From contig NC_068985.1 in the NCBI RefSeq assembly GCF_001194135.2, forward strand, positions 79,355,302 to 79,402,416: a stretch of DNA of 47,115 nucleotides, read 5' to 3'. Positions within the stretch are counted from its first letter, which is position 1; the number at the start of each line of letters is the position of its first letter. This document shows positions 11,482-22,809 of the stretch, in pieces. This DNA comes from Octopus bimaculoides. Its lineage: Eukaryota. Below the pieces are notes generated by a model. It saw nothing but the letters and a program-made list of their open reading frames with translations. It did not search any database and was not told the origin of the DNA. A program made the position numbers and the translations under genes.

Positions 11482-11547
11482 GGTCGAGTATTCTAGACTG
11501 ATCGGTCAGTTTTGGCTTTTGCTGTAGCCTCTTCAGTAGGATCGGCC
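11482..11547 (-). ncRNA. Near-canonical extended type I hammerhead ribozyme with a G12->A core mutation
   Basis: Minus strand: GGCCG ATCCTA CTGAAGA GGCT acagcaaa AGCC aAAA CTGA ccga TCAG TC TAGAAT act CGACC. All three helices pair, the cleavage triplet is GUC, and helix I carries a bulge. Confidence 0.75.
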
Positions 11548-11553
11548 TGACGT

Positions 11554-11617
<64 letters not shown>

Positions 11618-11639
11618 ACAAACACACACACACACACAT

Positions 11640-12085
11640 AAGGTAAGCAGAGTTAGCGGTTTGTAGTAACCGACTAAGGGATAAAAATATCCATATTTGC
11701 TATCGGTATCAGTTACCTGTGCCATCTCTGGGCACGGGTATGCAGGCACACTATGCTCGTAGGGTACAGGTAACAACAGAATAAACAAAAGTTTATCAGG
11801 AATCAAATTCAAATAATCAGAAAATAGAGAAAATTTTTGATCAAGAAACAAACAAATTAGACCACACCTATAGATTATTTTTTAATACAAAACTTAACAT
11901 AACTTTTCTTACAACAGTTTCCGCATCCAATACCAGTCGGTGCTTACGAAAGAATTTCGAAAATAATGTTCGTCATCTTTATAGAACATTCGTTCTAGTA
12001 CATGCAGCTTCATCAGAGTGAAAACAAATGCATAAAATACAATAAACGAAGAGAAGAGGTAATAGGAAAGAACATGGCCTCGAGA
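11640..12085 (-). mobile_element. About 450-bp repeat family B (PLE terminal-repeat-like) with HHR-like motif
   Basis: Collinear with 15575-16001 (+) over its whole length and with 12178-12399 (+). Core CTGATGA at 12016-12010, GAAA at 11921-11918, GTA triplet. Confidence 0.75.
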
Positions 12086-12177
12086 AGAGGCCAGAAGGCT
12101 CTATGTATCAAAATCATACCATCATCCAGCATAGAGCTTTGAAGTCGATAGGCACAAAAATCTTTTGCCTATCGACT

Positions 12178-12398
12178 CTTTTTATTTTACGCATTTGTAT
12201 TCACTCTGATGGAGATCCATGTACTTGATCGAATGTCCTATGAAGATGACGGATATTATTTTCGAAATTCATTCGCAAGCACCGATTAGCATTGGAAGCG
12301 GAAACGGCCGTACGAAATGTTATCTCATGTTTTGTATTAAACAATAATCTATAGATGTGGTGCAATTTGTTTGATGACCAAAAACGTCTCCATTTTCT

Positions 12399-12399
<1 letters not shown>
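12178..12399 (+). mobile_element. Partial copy of repeat family B, inverted relative to 11640-12085
   Basis: CACT-CTGATGG(A)...88 nt...GAAA-CGGCCG-TA at 12206-12312. Confidence 0.75.
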
Positions 12400-12430
<31 letters not shown>

Positions 12431-13089
12431 GGCTTAGTCAGAGAACAAAGGGATGGTGCAACGATGCAACTATGAATTTTTTGTTGCGGCTTTGAGAGTA
12501 GTGATGGAAAAGGAGGTATGATCCATTATTTAAGTGTTATCTCACAACAGAAACATTATACAAACGCTTGGAATAAAGTGAACTCTATTAAAAGCAACCA
12601 AATTCCATGCGGTGGTCCTAAAGCCGGGGACAGATCAATATACCTACTGAATAATAAAAATATGCTTTTAATTATATAAGCAGATAATCATTTTTTAAGG
12701 CTTAATCAATAAGAAGTAATTGCCCTTCCACAAGGACTCCAAAACCGTTGGGAATGCGGGACGAAGCTATCCTGAAACCAGAATACTTGCAACAAAATGG
12801 ACTCCGGTAGAGGCACGTAAACACTAGGGGTGACGGATTACTTCAAATAAATAAGTAGACCGTTGTGGAAATTTAACTCAGACCTCAAGGAGCCGGAACA
12901 ATTACTAAAAGGATCTTCTACCGCTGTAATGATAGCTCACTCTCCTAGATTGATAATTTATTCATCGAATTCAGAAGAGTAAAAGGCTAAGTTGATGTTG
13001 ATGAGATTTGAAATTACAACGCATGTGTACCAAAATAAATAGTATTAGGTCTGTCCAAATGCATAACATGCTGTTTTATTTGTCACAAT

Positions 13090-13460
13090 TGTTGGCACTC
13101 CGTAGCTTACGACGTCGAGGGTTCCAGTTGATCCGATCAACGGAATAGCCTGCTCGTGAAATTAACGTGCAAGTGGCTGAGCACTCCACAGACACGTGTA
13201 CCCTTAACGTAGTTCTCAGGGATATTCAGCGTGACACGGCTGACCCTTTGAATTACAGGCACAACAGAAACAGGAAGTAAGAGTGAGAGAAAGTTGTGGT
13301 GGAAGAGTACAGCAGGGTTCACCACCACCCCTGCCGGAGCCTCGTGGAGCTTTAGGTGTTTTCGCTCAATAAACACTCACAACGCCCGGTCTGGGAATCG
13401 AAACCGCGATCTTATGACCGCGAGTCTGCTGTCCTAACCACTGGGCCATTGCGCCTTCAC
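13090..13460 (-). mobile_element. tRNA-derived SINE, same family as 8710-9092, with a 10-bp target-site duplication
   Basis: TTGTCACAAT at 13080-13089 and 13463-13472; head GTGAAGGCGCAATGGCCCAGTGG; a 10-nt internal deletion between GTGACA repeats. Confidence 0.92.
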
Positions 13461-14403
13461 AGTTGTCACAATATCACAGTATTATCTTCATTGAAATGTA
13501 TACCTTAAGCTAGAAAAAAAACGTATATGCATAGATATACATACATATCTGTATATACATTTATATTTACAGACATCCACATACAAACACACACACATGC
13601 GCCCACACAGAGGCAAATGTATAATATATATGTAGGGAAGATAATCAATTACTATAGCTGAACTAATTTGCAAATATATTTACACATACATGGAGGAAAC
13701 TTTTCCAAAATATTATAATTAACCCCCACACAACCACCGCAAAATAGTTATTTTATCAGAAAAAATATTTTGATCTCCTGCAGAAATATGAAAATTAGGA
13801 CTTAATCTACATGTAGGACACTTATGTTTTATTCATGCCTTAACGTTTTTTTTTCCTTTTACAACATTTAAGATTAATATGTATTTTCTACTCTAGCAGG
13901 GAATAAATGGCTTTTATAAATTTACATTAAAAAACATTATTACAGGTTAATGCTAATTTTTCAGTCATGTAGTAAAAATGGTATCTACATTTTTCAGAGA
14001 GACAAAGTGTGACAAGGCATGTACTTTGACTATAATGGTTATTGATAGTTCATATAATTATCGTAATAACTATCCCCAACACCCACTTCATATTCGGATG
14101 CCTGGAAACTGGAAATATTTTACATAAAGTGCTTGAATTATATTGAATTTATGCACAGTTCTGCATTTTCAAACTTTGCGGTTTTTTTTTTTTTCAATTC
14201 AAGTATGAATAGAAAAATATCATTGAAATTAAAATAAGAACATCGGAATTCAGCACTCTAACTAAGAATGCTTATAGCAGAATGTATGTGTGTCATTCTT
14301 TCTAATATCCCAGGTTTCTCTCTGGAAGAGATCTTGAGGTAGAATACTTTACATGAAGAGCACAGCTCTTGATGCATACGCAAACACACAAACACACACA
14401 CAC

Positions 14404-14435
<32 letters not shown>

Positions 14436-14438
14436 GTG

Positions 14439-14472
<34 letters not shown>

Positions 14473-14617
14473 NNNNNNNNNNNNNNNNNNNNNNNNNNNN
14501 NNNNNNNNNNNNNNNNNNNNNNNNNNNNNNNNNNNNNNNNNNNNNNNNNNNNNNNNNNNNNNNNNNNNNNNNNNNNNNNNNNNNNNNNNNNNNNNNNNNN
14601 NNNNNNNNNNNNNNNNN

Positions 14618-14943
14618 TCTAAATTACGCAAATAACACCGACATCTCATTTTAAGATATATTTACCAAAATTACAAAGAAATATCTTAAAATACTAAAGA
14701 GTCAATTTATTCAATAAAATCGCCATTGGTTCAACCACGGCCTCCAGACGATTTCGTAATCTCCTGCAACTTTTCTGGAAGGCCTTCTTATTTAAGTTGT
14801 TGAATGCCGCCATAATCCTTGCCAACAGTTCATCATTGGTGTTACAAGGAGTTTATTGGTCTTTCGCCGGACCGCGCCCCACACATAATAATCAAGGGAG
14901 TTGCAGTCTGGGGAGTTAGGTGGCCAGATGTTAGGGGTGATGT
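14618..14943 (-). mobile_element. maT/DD37D-type (Tc1/mariner superfamily) 3' fragment
   Basis: ITPNIWPPNSPDCNSLDYYVWGAV..ELLARIMAAFNNLNK..CRRLRNRLEAVVE..GDFIE; homologous to 42840-43520. Confidence 0.85.
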
Positions 14944-15574
14944 ATTCAAGATGTTAGATTTCGCAATATAATTCGAAGGTAAATGCACTAGCAACCACCT
15001 CCTCTAACAGTAGTCACTCCTTATGCTAATTGTCGTATGGTCGCTAGTATTTATTATATTTTATGTTGAGATGGTGTAGAAGGATATAAGCGGCCTAGTG
15101 TCACTTATGGCATAGTCTTCTCCTCCACACCTTTTATTTACTGGTTTATTTACTTCTTTATTTACGTCTACCCTTGTAAAGGTCTTAGGTTACCCTTGGT
15201 TTTAAGTGTAACTGACCAATTGTAGAGATGGCTGGACTTTGGTCAATTCCATTACGGACAACAGGTGGTCGGTCTGTAGAATATTTCAGCAAGTACACTA
15301 TTGTAAAAACTTTACGGGTATGGTTTTTGGATGAATATCAATTAGCTCTATTTACGAAACCACATGTAGTATACTTTTTCTAGACTTATTGTTGATTCCT
15401 GTTTTACTTAAGCACTAGTTTTATTTTACTATTATTTATACACTCTGTTCACCTATAAAAAGAGATAAACCCACCAATTATTCTTCTAGTTTATTTGCTA
15501 GTTTACTCTTTTGCCCATCATTTTGCACTGCAAAATGGTTTGATTCTAATTTATTGAGCCTTATTTCCTTCATC

Positions 15575-16001
15575 TCGAGGCCCTTTTCTTTCCCCTTCCC
15601 TTCTTTTATTTTATGTATTTGTATTCACTCTGATGAAGTTCCATGTACTAGATCGGATGTGCTATAAAGGTGAGGAATATTATTTTCGGAATTTTCTTTG
15701 GGGGCACCGACTTACATTGATAGATGAAATGGCCGTAAGCAATGTTAAGTTGTTTGTATTAAAAAATAATCAAGCGATGTTTGTTAATATGTTTGTTTGT
15801 TGATCAACATTTTCTCTAGTTCCTGCGTATTTTAAATTTGATTCCTGATAAACTCTTGTTTATTTCGTTATTACCTGTAGACTATGAGCATAATGTGCTT
15901 GCATACCCATGGTCAGGATTAACATAGGTAATTGATACTGGTAGTAAGAACGGATATTATTATCCCTTAGGCGGTTATTCCAACCTCTAACTCTACTTAT
16001 C
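15575..16001 (+). mobile_element. Third copy of repeat family B with HHR-like motif
   Basis: CTGATGA 15630-15636, GAAA 15726-15729, TGGCCG-TA; aligns to the reverse complement of 11640-12085. Confidence 0.75.
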
Positions 16002-16311
16002 TATATATATCATCTTCTTGATCTCTATCTTCCATGCTGGCATGGGTTGAACGGTGTGACATGATTCGACAATTGCATCGTGCTCTAATGTCTGCTTTGG
16101 CAGAGTTTCTATGGTTGGATGTCCTTCACTATTTTCCCTTTCTCACTTTTTCTGTGCTTCTATTTTTCATTGCTTTTTTCTGGTAAAGGAGTAATGTCCG
16201 AATCACTGAGAAGTTTCCTCTTTCATCCTTTGAATTGTTAATTTAATAAAATATTTCTCAAACTTTGTTTTTACCGCGATGTTCTTTTGTAATATGTGTG
16301 CAAATATGTAT

Positions 16312-17535
16312 TTAGGTCATTAAGAATGAAATATCCGATTCTGAACTGAAAGCTTATCTTATTTTATCTCGATAAAAAGCAATGCAGTTAATCAAAATAT
16401 GCACCTAAATTATCAATACCACTTTGCTATTTAATCGGTAGCCTATTTACGCCGGAGGCGAAAAATTCTGGAGTGCTAGAGGTGATGAAATCACGTAAAG
16501 CTGTTTTTCCATCGTCTTCAGATTTGAAGTTTTTTCCTTGCAAAATGTTGTCTAATGCCTGGGAAACGTGACAGTCAGTTGGTGCAAGGTCTGGCAAATA
16601 TGGTGGATGACAGAGAAATTCCAAGCTCAGTTCCTGTAACTCGAGTAGCGTTCTTTGTCCAACATGTGGTCGAGCAATGTCTTGCAATATAATTGGCTTG
16701 TCTCTATTGACCAATCTCGGTTGTTTAATTGCAAATTCACTCATCATTTCATCCAATTGGTTGATGTATACATCCGCTGTAATTGACTTACCAGGTTTTA
16801 TGAAGCTGTAGTGGATGACAGCAGCGCAGGACCACTAAAGAGACGCCATTACATTTTTTTGGTAAATATTCTTTTTGGGATTGTGCTTTGGCACTTCGTC
16901 TCTATCCAACCACTTTTCAGAACGCTTGCTATTGTTGAAAAATATCCATTATTCATCACACGTAACAATATAATGCACAAATGGTTCGCTTTTATGCCGT
17001 GACAGCAAAGAACAGCCAGTTTCAAGACGATGTGTCTTTGATGCTCGTTCAGTTCGTGTGGTACCCACTTATCCAGCTTTACCTTGCTGATTTGTTTCAG
17101 ATGGTCCAATACAGTTGGAATCGAAACATCAAACGTTGCTGCTAACTCACGCGTAGTTTGAGATGTATCCGCTGCCACTACAGTTTCCAACTCATCATTA
17201 TCCACGTTGGTCTCAGGTCTACTACAAGGCTGATTTTCAAGATTATAGTCACCAGACCGGAACTTCTCAAACCGTCGACTCACAGTGCGCTCATTCGCCA
17301 CATCTTCACCAAACACCTCATTGAGGCTTCGAGCTGTCTGGGTTCCACGACGGAACTCATATTCATAAACAACACGAATTTTTGATCTACCCATGGGTTC
17401 ATAAAAATTGATTTACAAGATATAATATAATCAGACACCATAAATTGCGTTTCGAAAAGTGATGATGTAACTCTTCAATGTTGTGAAACAAAGAATTGTC
17501 CAAGAAAATCAAACATTTCGTTCTTAATCACCTGA
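16312..17535 (-). mobile_element. Near full-length DD34D mariner transposon with pseudogenised transposase
   Basis: ORFs 16849-17394 and 16427-16756 contain YEFRRG, DKWVPHEL, VTCDE, QDIARPH and HPPYLPDLAPTD. TIRs TTAGGTCATTAAGAATGAAAT / TCAGGTGATTAAGAACGAAAT; TA at 17536-17537. Stops and frameshifts are present. Confidence 0.95.
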
Positions 17536-20499
17536 TAACATATGTATGTACATATTTGTTTGTATTTGCGGTTATATATACTTAGGTATATGTAAACGCA
17601 TACAACGTATAATCATTCCCGCAGACGTGAACGCAGATATATGTATATGCGTATGTGTATGTATGTATGTTATCAATCAGTTTCATTTCTGTATTTCTTG
17701 TCCATAGAGAAAGAGCCGGACTCTAACATAGATTCAAGGCTCCTTCATTGGAACTTTTATCAACATCATCTAGGTATTTGTGCATATGTGTGTGTGTGTG
17801 CAGTATTTGGTGTTAGTGTATGTGCAGATTTGTATGTTTGTTTTATGGATGCGTGTTTATGTCTAGATGCATGCATATGAATTTATGTGCTAAATTTTTG
17901 GAAAGTTTTACATATGTATGTATGTATGTATGTATGTATGTGTGTGTGTGTGTGTGTACGTAAAATTTGCACACTCAGCTTCAGCCAGTTACCTGTGTAC
18001 TTCACTGTAAGATGACTTTCACATTAATGCTATAAGCAGAATTTGCCCTGTAGATTACATTGCATCCAATTAAAAAAGAAAGAAAAGAACATGACACTGT
18101 GTCTACTATGCATTCAAGGCCACGTACTCACGCGTACATCCAGTCATTCAATCCCAGAATGGCTTTCCTATTGAAGTTCTTTTCAAGAAATGTTTTCTTC
18201 TGCTGTTGTCTTTATTAACACTCTGGGCTTGGATGTCCCATTATCGTGTATAAGTTCATTCTGTAGAATGAACCAATTAACAAAATAATTCAACAGTTCT
18301 CATTTACGATGAAGAATATAGTGAAAACTTCGTTTTATTAGTATTTCATCATGTCTTTCTTTCTGGTTTACAATTGTTTCGTTTGCATTATTCAAAACCA
18401 TTGTTAGCTAGAAGAAAAAATATCTTGTAGATAAGAAATATCAAGAATTTTGCAAAATTCAAGCTGCAGGGAATGATATTTGTTTTAGTAAAAGCTTTTC
18501 ATTAGAAGTGGTGTCCTTTGTTATGGCTGTTGGCGCTGATGCTCTTGGTGTTGGTGGTGGTGGCATGTTATTTAGCCCTAGCGCACTTGTGCCCGAGCAA
18601 ACAATTCCATCTATTTTATATATCTGGGATTTCGTTATCTAATGTCAGGATTGTACTTGTCTAGCAAGTGACATGATGTGAAAGTAAGTGTTGAAACTGA
18701 AGTAGCTGTATTATTTAAATTCATTTCACGTAGTGTTAAAACATTTGCCGTAAATTTGTACTGGAACAGTGTCAGTAACCAGATCGCACATCTTGAAATA
18801 AATATGAATTTAAAGTGAATTGCAGACGTATATGATTTTGGATCGTTTTTCCACGTTATAATTGCTAAATTTGACCTTTATTTAAGAAGGTAGAGTAAGA
18901 TTTAAAGGAAATTTAGCTGCTTTTCCTAACGGCATGAGGAGCAACGCAAAGGTTCTGTTGGTGGCTCTCATCCATATTCATAGTTAGTGGAGATTTGTGA
19001 AATAGAAAGTATTTTATTCAATTGATTTACTTCAAGCTTGCTGATCTTGCAATCAATTCAATTCTTGTTTGTTTATCGTTGAGATAGAATACATATCTCC
19101 ATGGGCCTAGCTTTTCCGCTGTGGTTTTATTTTAATGTCAGCTTCAAAGGTACCGATGTGGTGTTGTTTTTCAGAGATTCCATTTATTTGAATCAATATC
19201 TCAGCAAAAACGTCGTGGTTATTTGCTGTTTTAAAACATTTTTGTATCGTAAATGCATATTTTCTGTATATGAAGGATGCATTCGAGTCTGATGGCTTCC
19301 AGAAGTGTTTCAGAAACGCTTTTGTGGGTTACTTGTTCTTGCATATAACTGAAAATTTAACAATATAATTGAAATGTATCAATATATCGCAAAATATTTT
19401 AACAGATTCCTTGTGTTGATTGTATTTCATTTATTTCAAGTTGCATTGCTTCAATCTTGGTTTGATGTTAATTGTTTTCTGATATAAAGTGTGACGTCAC
19501 TTTCGAGCTGATTAATTATGCCAAAGGAAATACTTGAGATCATTATTATAGTAAAGCTTCAGTCAGTGAGTCTTCCTTGTACCTTATTTATTGATCAATA
19601 GAGAACCAAAATATTGATTTCTTACATCAACAGAAAGCTAAACATTAGGAAAGTCTAGTAACAATTTGCTGTTGTTTAGTCTCAGGACAGCTCTGGTCGA
19701 GTATACTTATGTTTGGAAGAGTTCCAGCCAAGACTATCCCTTCTAGTCGTATATCTTAGATTTCATTAGCAAAAATGTTCTTCCTTGATTTTTGAAGAAA
19801 TTAGTATGTGAATTAAGGATCAACCAGCTGACATCATTAATAAGTCTGGAAACTGTACGGACTCTATTTNNNNNNNNNNNNNNNNNNNNNNNNNNNNNNN
19901 NNNNNNNNNNNNNNNNNNNNNNNNNNNNNNNNNNNNNNNNNNNNNNNNNNNNNNNNNNNNNNNNNNNNNNNNNNNNNNNNNNNNNNNNNNNNNNNNNNNN
20001 NNNNNNNNNNNNNNNNNNNNNNNNNNNNNNNNNNNNNNNNNNNNNNNNNNNNNNNNNNNGGACTATTACACGCATTCAGTTCTGGCTATTTCTTACATAA
20101 GGCACGAAATATAAATATACGTAAGGGAAAAGATGAAGCTAGTTAACACAAAATCTTCATTATAAATCGGGTTTTTATTATTTTGAGCTCCAAAGGAATA
20201 GCAAAGGCTGTTAAGTTAAGAAATTTATAGAAACGAAAGTAAATTTCATTCACTACTTTACACTGCAGTTCTTTTTTTTTTTATACAAGATAAAGAAGAC
20301 AAGGCCCATGACCTCTAAAGGTAGTCCTTGACTGGTGAGATTGGTATAATGCGCCATCTTTTCGTTAGTTGTTTTAAGTACTTTCGTAGCCGCGATCAGC
20401 CATAAGATCCCTCTTAATTCCTTTACATTCGATTCAGTATAACATCCTGGATGTACCAGCTCCAAGACAAGAGAGCTGCAGAAGTACTCGGTTGCTACT

Positions 20500-20642
20500 T
20501 ATTATAACTTAGTAAACTGGGGTAAGATGAATGTAAATAACTTCTTCAAGTGCACAACATATCGCCCGGTTCCAGGAATCGAACCCCACGATGTTATGAT
20601 CATGACCCAAACACCTTGATTATTTGGCGTTACTTCTTCACG
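20500..20642 (-). mobile_element. Diverged tRNA-derived SINE 5' remnant
   Basis: CCCGGTTCCAGGAATCGAACC is a B box on the minus strand; layout resembles 1976-2305. Confidence 0.55.
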
Positions 20643-20676
20643 GTAGTATGCATATTCCTGCTTTAACTGAACATAT

Positions 20677-20952
20677 GTTTTTAGCAGACCATATTTTCTT
20701 TTAACAGACTACACCTTCCCTTTGAAAGACCATACACCACACCTGCCACAGATCATATACCTCATTAACAGATTTTATAACCATTCTTAGCATGCCATAT
20801 AGTACTCTTTTTAACAGACTATATATCTTTTTCGTATCTCCCCTTTTCTACACATATCCTCCTTAACAGTCTGTATTACCACTTTAGCAGTTTCTATTCC
20901 TCCTTTTCAATGGATTGTATTTTGCCATTTTAACGGATTGTATTTCTCACTT
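20677..20952. repeat. Degenerate minisatellite, unit about 21 bp (TTAACAGACCATATT...)
   Basis: TTAGCAGACC, TTAACAGACT, TTAACAGATT, TTAACAGACT, TTAACAGTCT, TTAGCAGTTT and TTAACGGATT recur at roughly 20-22 bp spacing or multiples of it. Confidence 0.7.
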
Positions 20953-21316
20953 TATCACCTTCAATCGAGGTAGCAAATGAACATTATACCATCTGTGTTG
21001 CCAGGTTGCAAAGTTAGATTAAATTATATTGCAAAAAAGGCCGAAGACATTTTAGGTACCAATTAATTTTAAATTAATTGGCATCAATCAATATTAAATT
21101 CACCAATTCGTCAAAAGGCGCCAATTAATTTTAGATTCATTCTTATTATCAGTTTAAGATCAGGATATTATTAAAAAAGATTAATTTATTTTACAATTAA
21201 AAGTTAAAATGCAAGGAAAAAATGCAATTGGGAAAATGTGTGCAGCCACTGCAACAACTTGTTTCGTTTAGGATTCATGCTTGCCATGTTATCAATTACT
21301 TTATTATATTCCACTT

Positions 21317-21660
21317 CAGTTGCCAAATGATTTTAATGGAAAAACCCAGACCACTTATCAGACAATACACTGCTGAATAACGGTATGACTTACTGTGCTT
21401 GAACCAGTTTTGTTCGAGAATACTTCCACAACTTCACTTGGAATTTGTTACAATGTGGACTGAATAGAATAAATGAAACACATCATTGGTGATGATAAAT
21501 ATAAAAACTATACTGATGGTCAGTTATTCAACACATGAATTTGCACTGCCACTGGTGCTAAGTATATCATTATTCTTGTCTTTGCCCAGAAAGCAACGGA
21601 TGTCTTGAACGATTTCAATTTGACTGCAGATGAAGTATGTCTGCAGGTCTGATAAAAAGT
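21317..21660 (-). mobile_element. Decayed hAT (Charlie/Buster-like) transposase C-terminus and 3' end
   Basis: VKLKSFKTSVAFWAKTRIMIYLAPVAVQI resembles the dimerisation domain; terminal QAQ.SH after a frameshift; TIR-like CAGTTGCCAAA at 21317. Confidence 0.5.
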
Positions 21661-22072
21661 TCCAGTTTGTTCACACTGTCTGCATAACATTTTGAATCTA
21701 TTGTATCTAAATATAATACTATATTAAGAAGCTATATTTTAAAATTACTCACAACTTTTTAACTGCAGTAGTTATTTAAGGTCACTAAGTAGAATCCAAT
21801 AATGAATTTCTTCGGGCATAAAATAGTTTCCTCATGAAATTCAAATAATTTCATCAGCAATTTCATCGTGGAATCGTTGTCTTTTTAATATTTTCTGTCC
21901 TTCTTGCATTCCGTATTAATTCCACATTTTCGAACCAACACGATTGTTTCATTCTGTTTGTTTAAATTGATATTCATACTTATTTCGCATTGTAGTTCAT
22001 AATTTTGCTTTCAGAACGGAAAATGGGATCAAGAGAGTTTATTGGACTTAAATTACGTTTCTGTAAATATAG

Positions 22073-22305
22073 GGTAAAGACCCTCTTCGGACATGAATGA
22101 CCATGGGATTGCGCCTAAAAAGTTACCCTCCGAAGCACAAGTCTGGGCAAGGTTGTTTTTTGGAAAACCAGCAGTTGCCCATGATTACCAGCCTCACCTC
22201 TCCACGCCACCGATGTTATTTAAGGGAAAGGTAAAGGCCGATACAGCTTGACATCAGTAACGTTGTAACTCATTTCTACAGATGAGTGAACTGGAGCAAC
22301 GTGAA
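22073..22305 (-). mobile_element. Headless copy of the CORE-like SINE (family of 1976-2305)
   Basis: Collinear with 1976-2210. Confidence 0.85.
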
Positions 22306-22596
22306 AATTAAATTGAAATCCTTTTGTAGCTCTTTATTGAGTGTTTTAAGAAACATCCTGTGCTTCAGTTTTTAGAAGTACAGTTCTTTTTCATTATCTC
22401 ACCATAAATAATCCTTTATATATAAACTACAAGTACTAGTGAATTCTGCAAGTTTGCCTTTGTTCCTCACTAGCTTACTAGAACTCATCAGCAAAAAAGC
22501 ATTATTAATTTGTGACGAATAATGTTCAGTCTTTGCCACAAAATTATTCCCCGTTAGTTCTTTAATGTTTTCTATATTAAATATATTATTATTAAT

Positions 22597-22809
22597 ATGG
22601 TTTCAATTTTTGGGACCAGGCCAGCAAGTTCGGGGCAAGGGTTAAGACGATTACATCGATCCCAGTGTTCAACTAGTACTTATTTTATCGACTCCGAATG
22701 GATGAAAACGAAAGTCGACTTCAGCGGAATTTGAACTCAGAACACAAAGACAAAGTGCCGCTAGGCATTTTGCCCGGCGTGCTAACGATTCTTCCAGCTC
22801 GCCGCCTTA
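22597..22809 (-). mobile_element. tRNA-derived SINE, GGCGGCGAGCTGG-type
   Basis: GGAATTTGAACTCAGAAC..GTGCTAACGATTCTTCCAGCTCGCCGCC. Confidence 0.9.

Noticed and set aside
11168-11851. 227-aa minus-strand ORF
   Set aside because: Runs across repeat family B, a (TG)n run, the HHR and into a SINE; no recognisable domain
18254-18273. 20-bp palindrome GTTCATTCT-GT-AGAATGAAC
   Set aside because: Short and isolated; spacing does not fit a heat-shock element, and chance is plausible
22450-22495. Minus-strand CTGATGA-GTTC...GAAC
   Set aside because: GAAA and the cleavage triplet are missing
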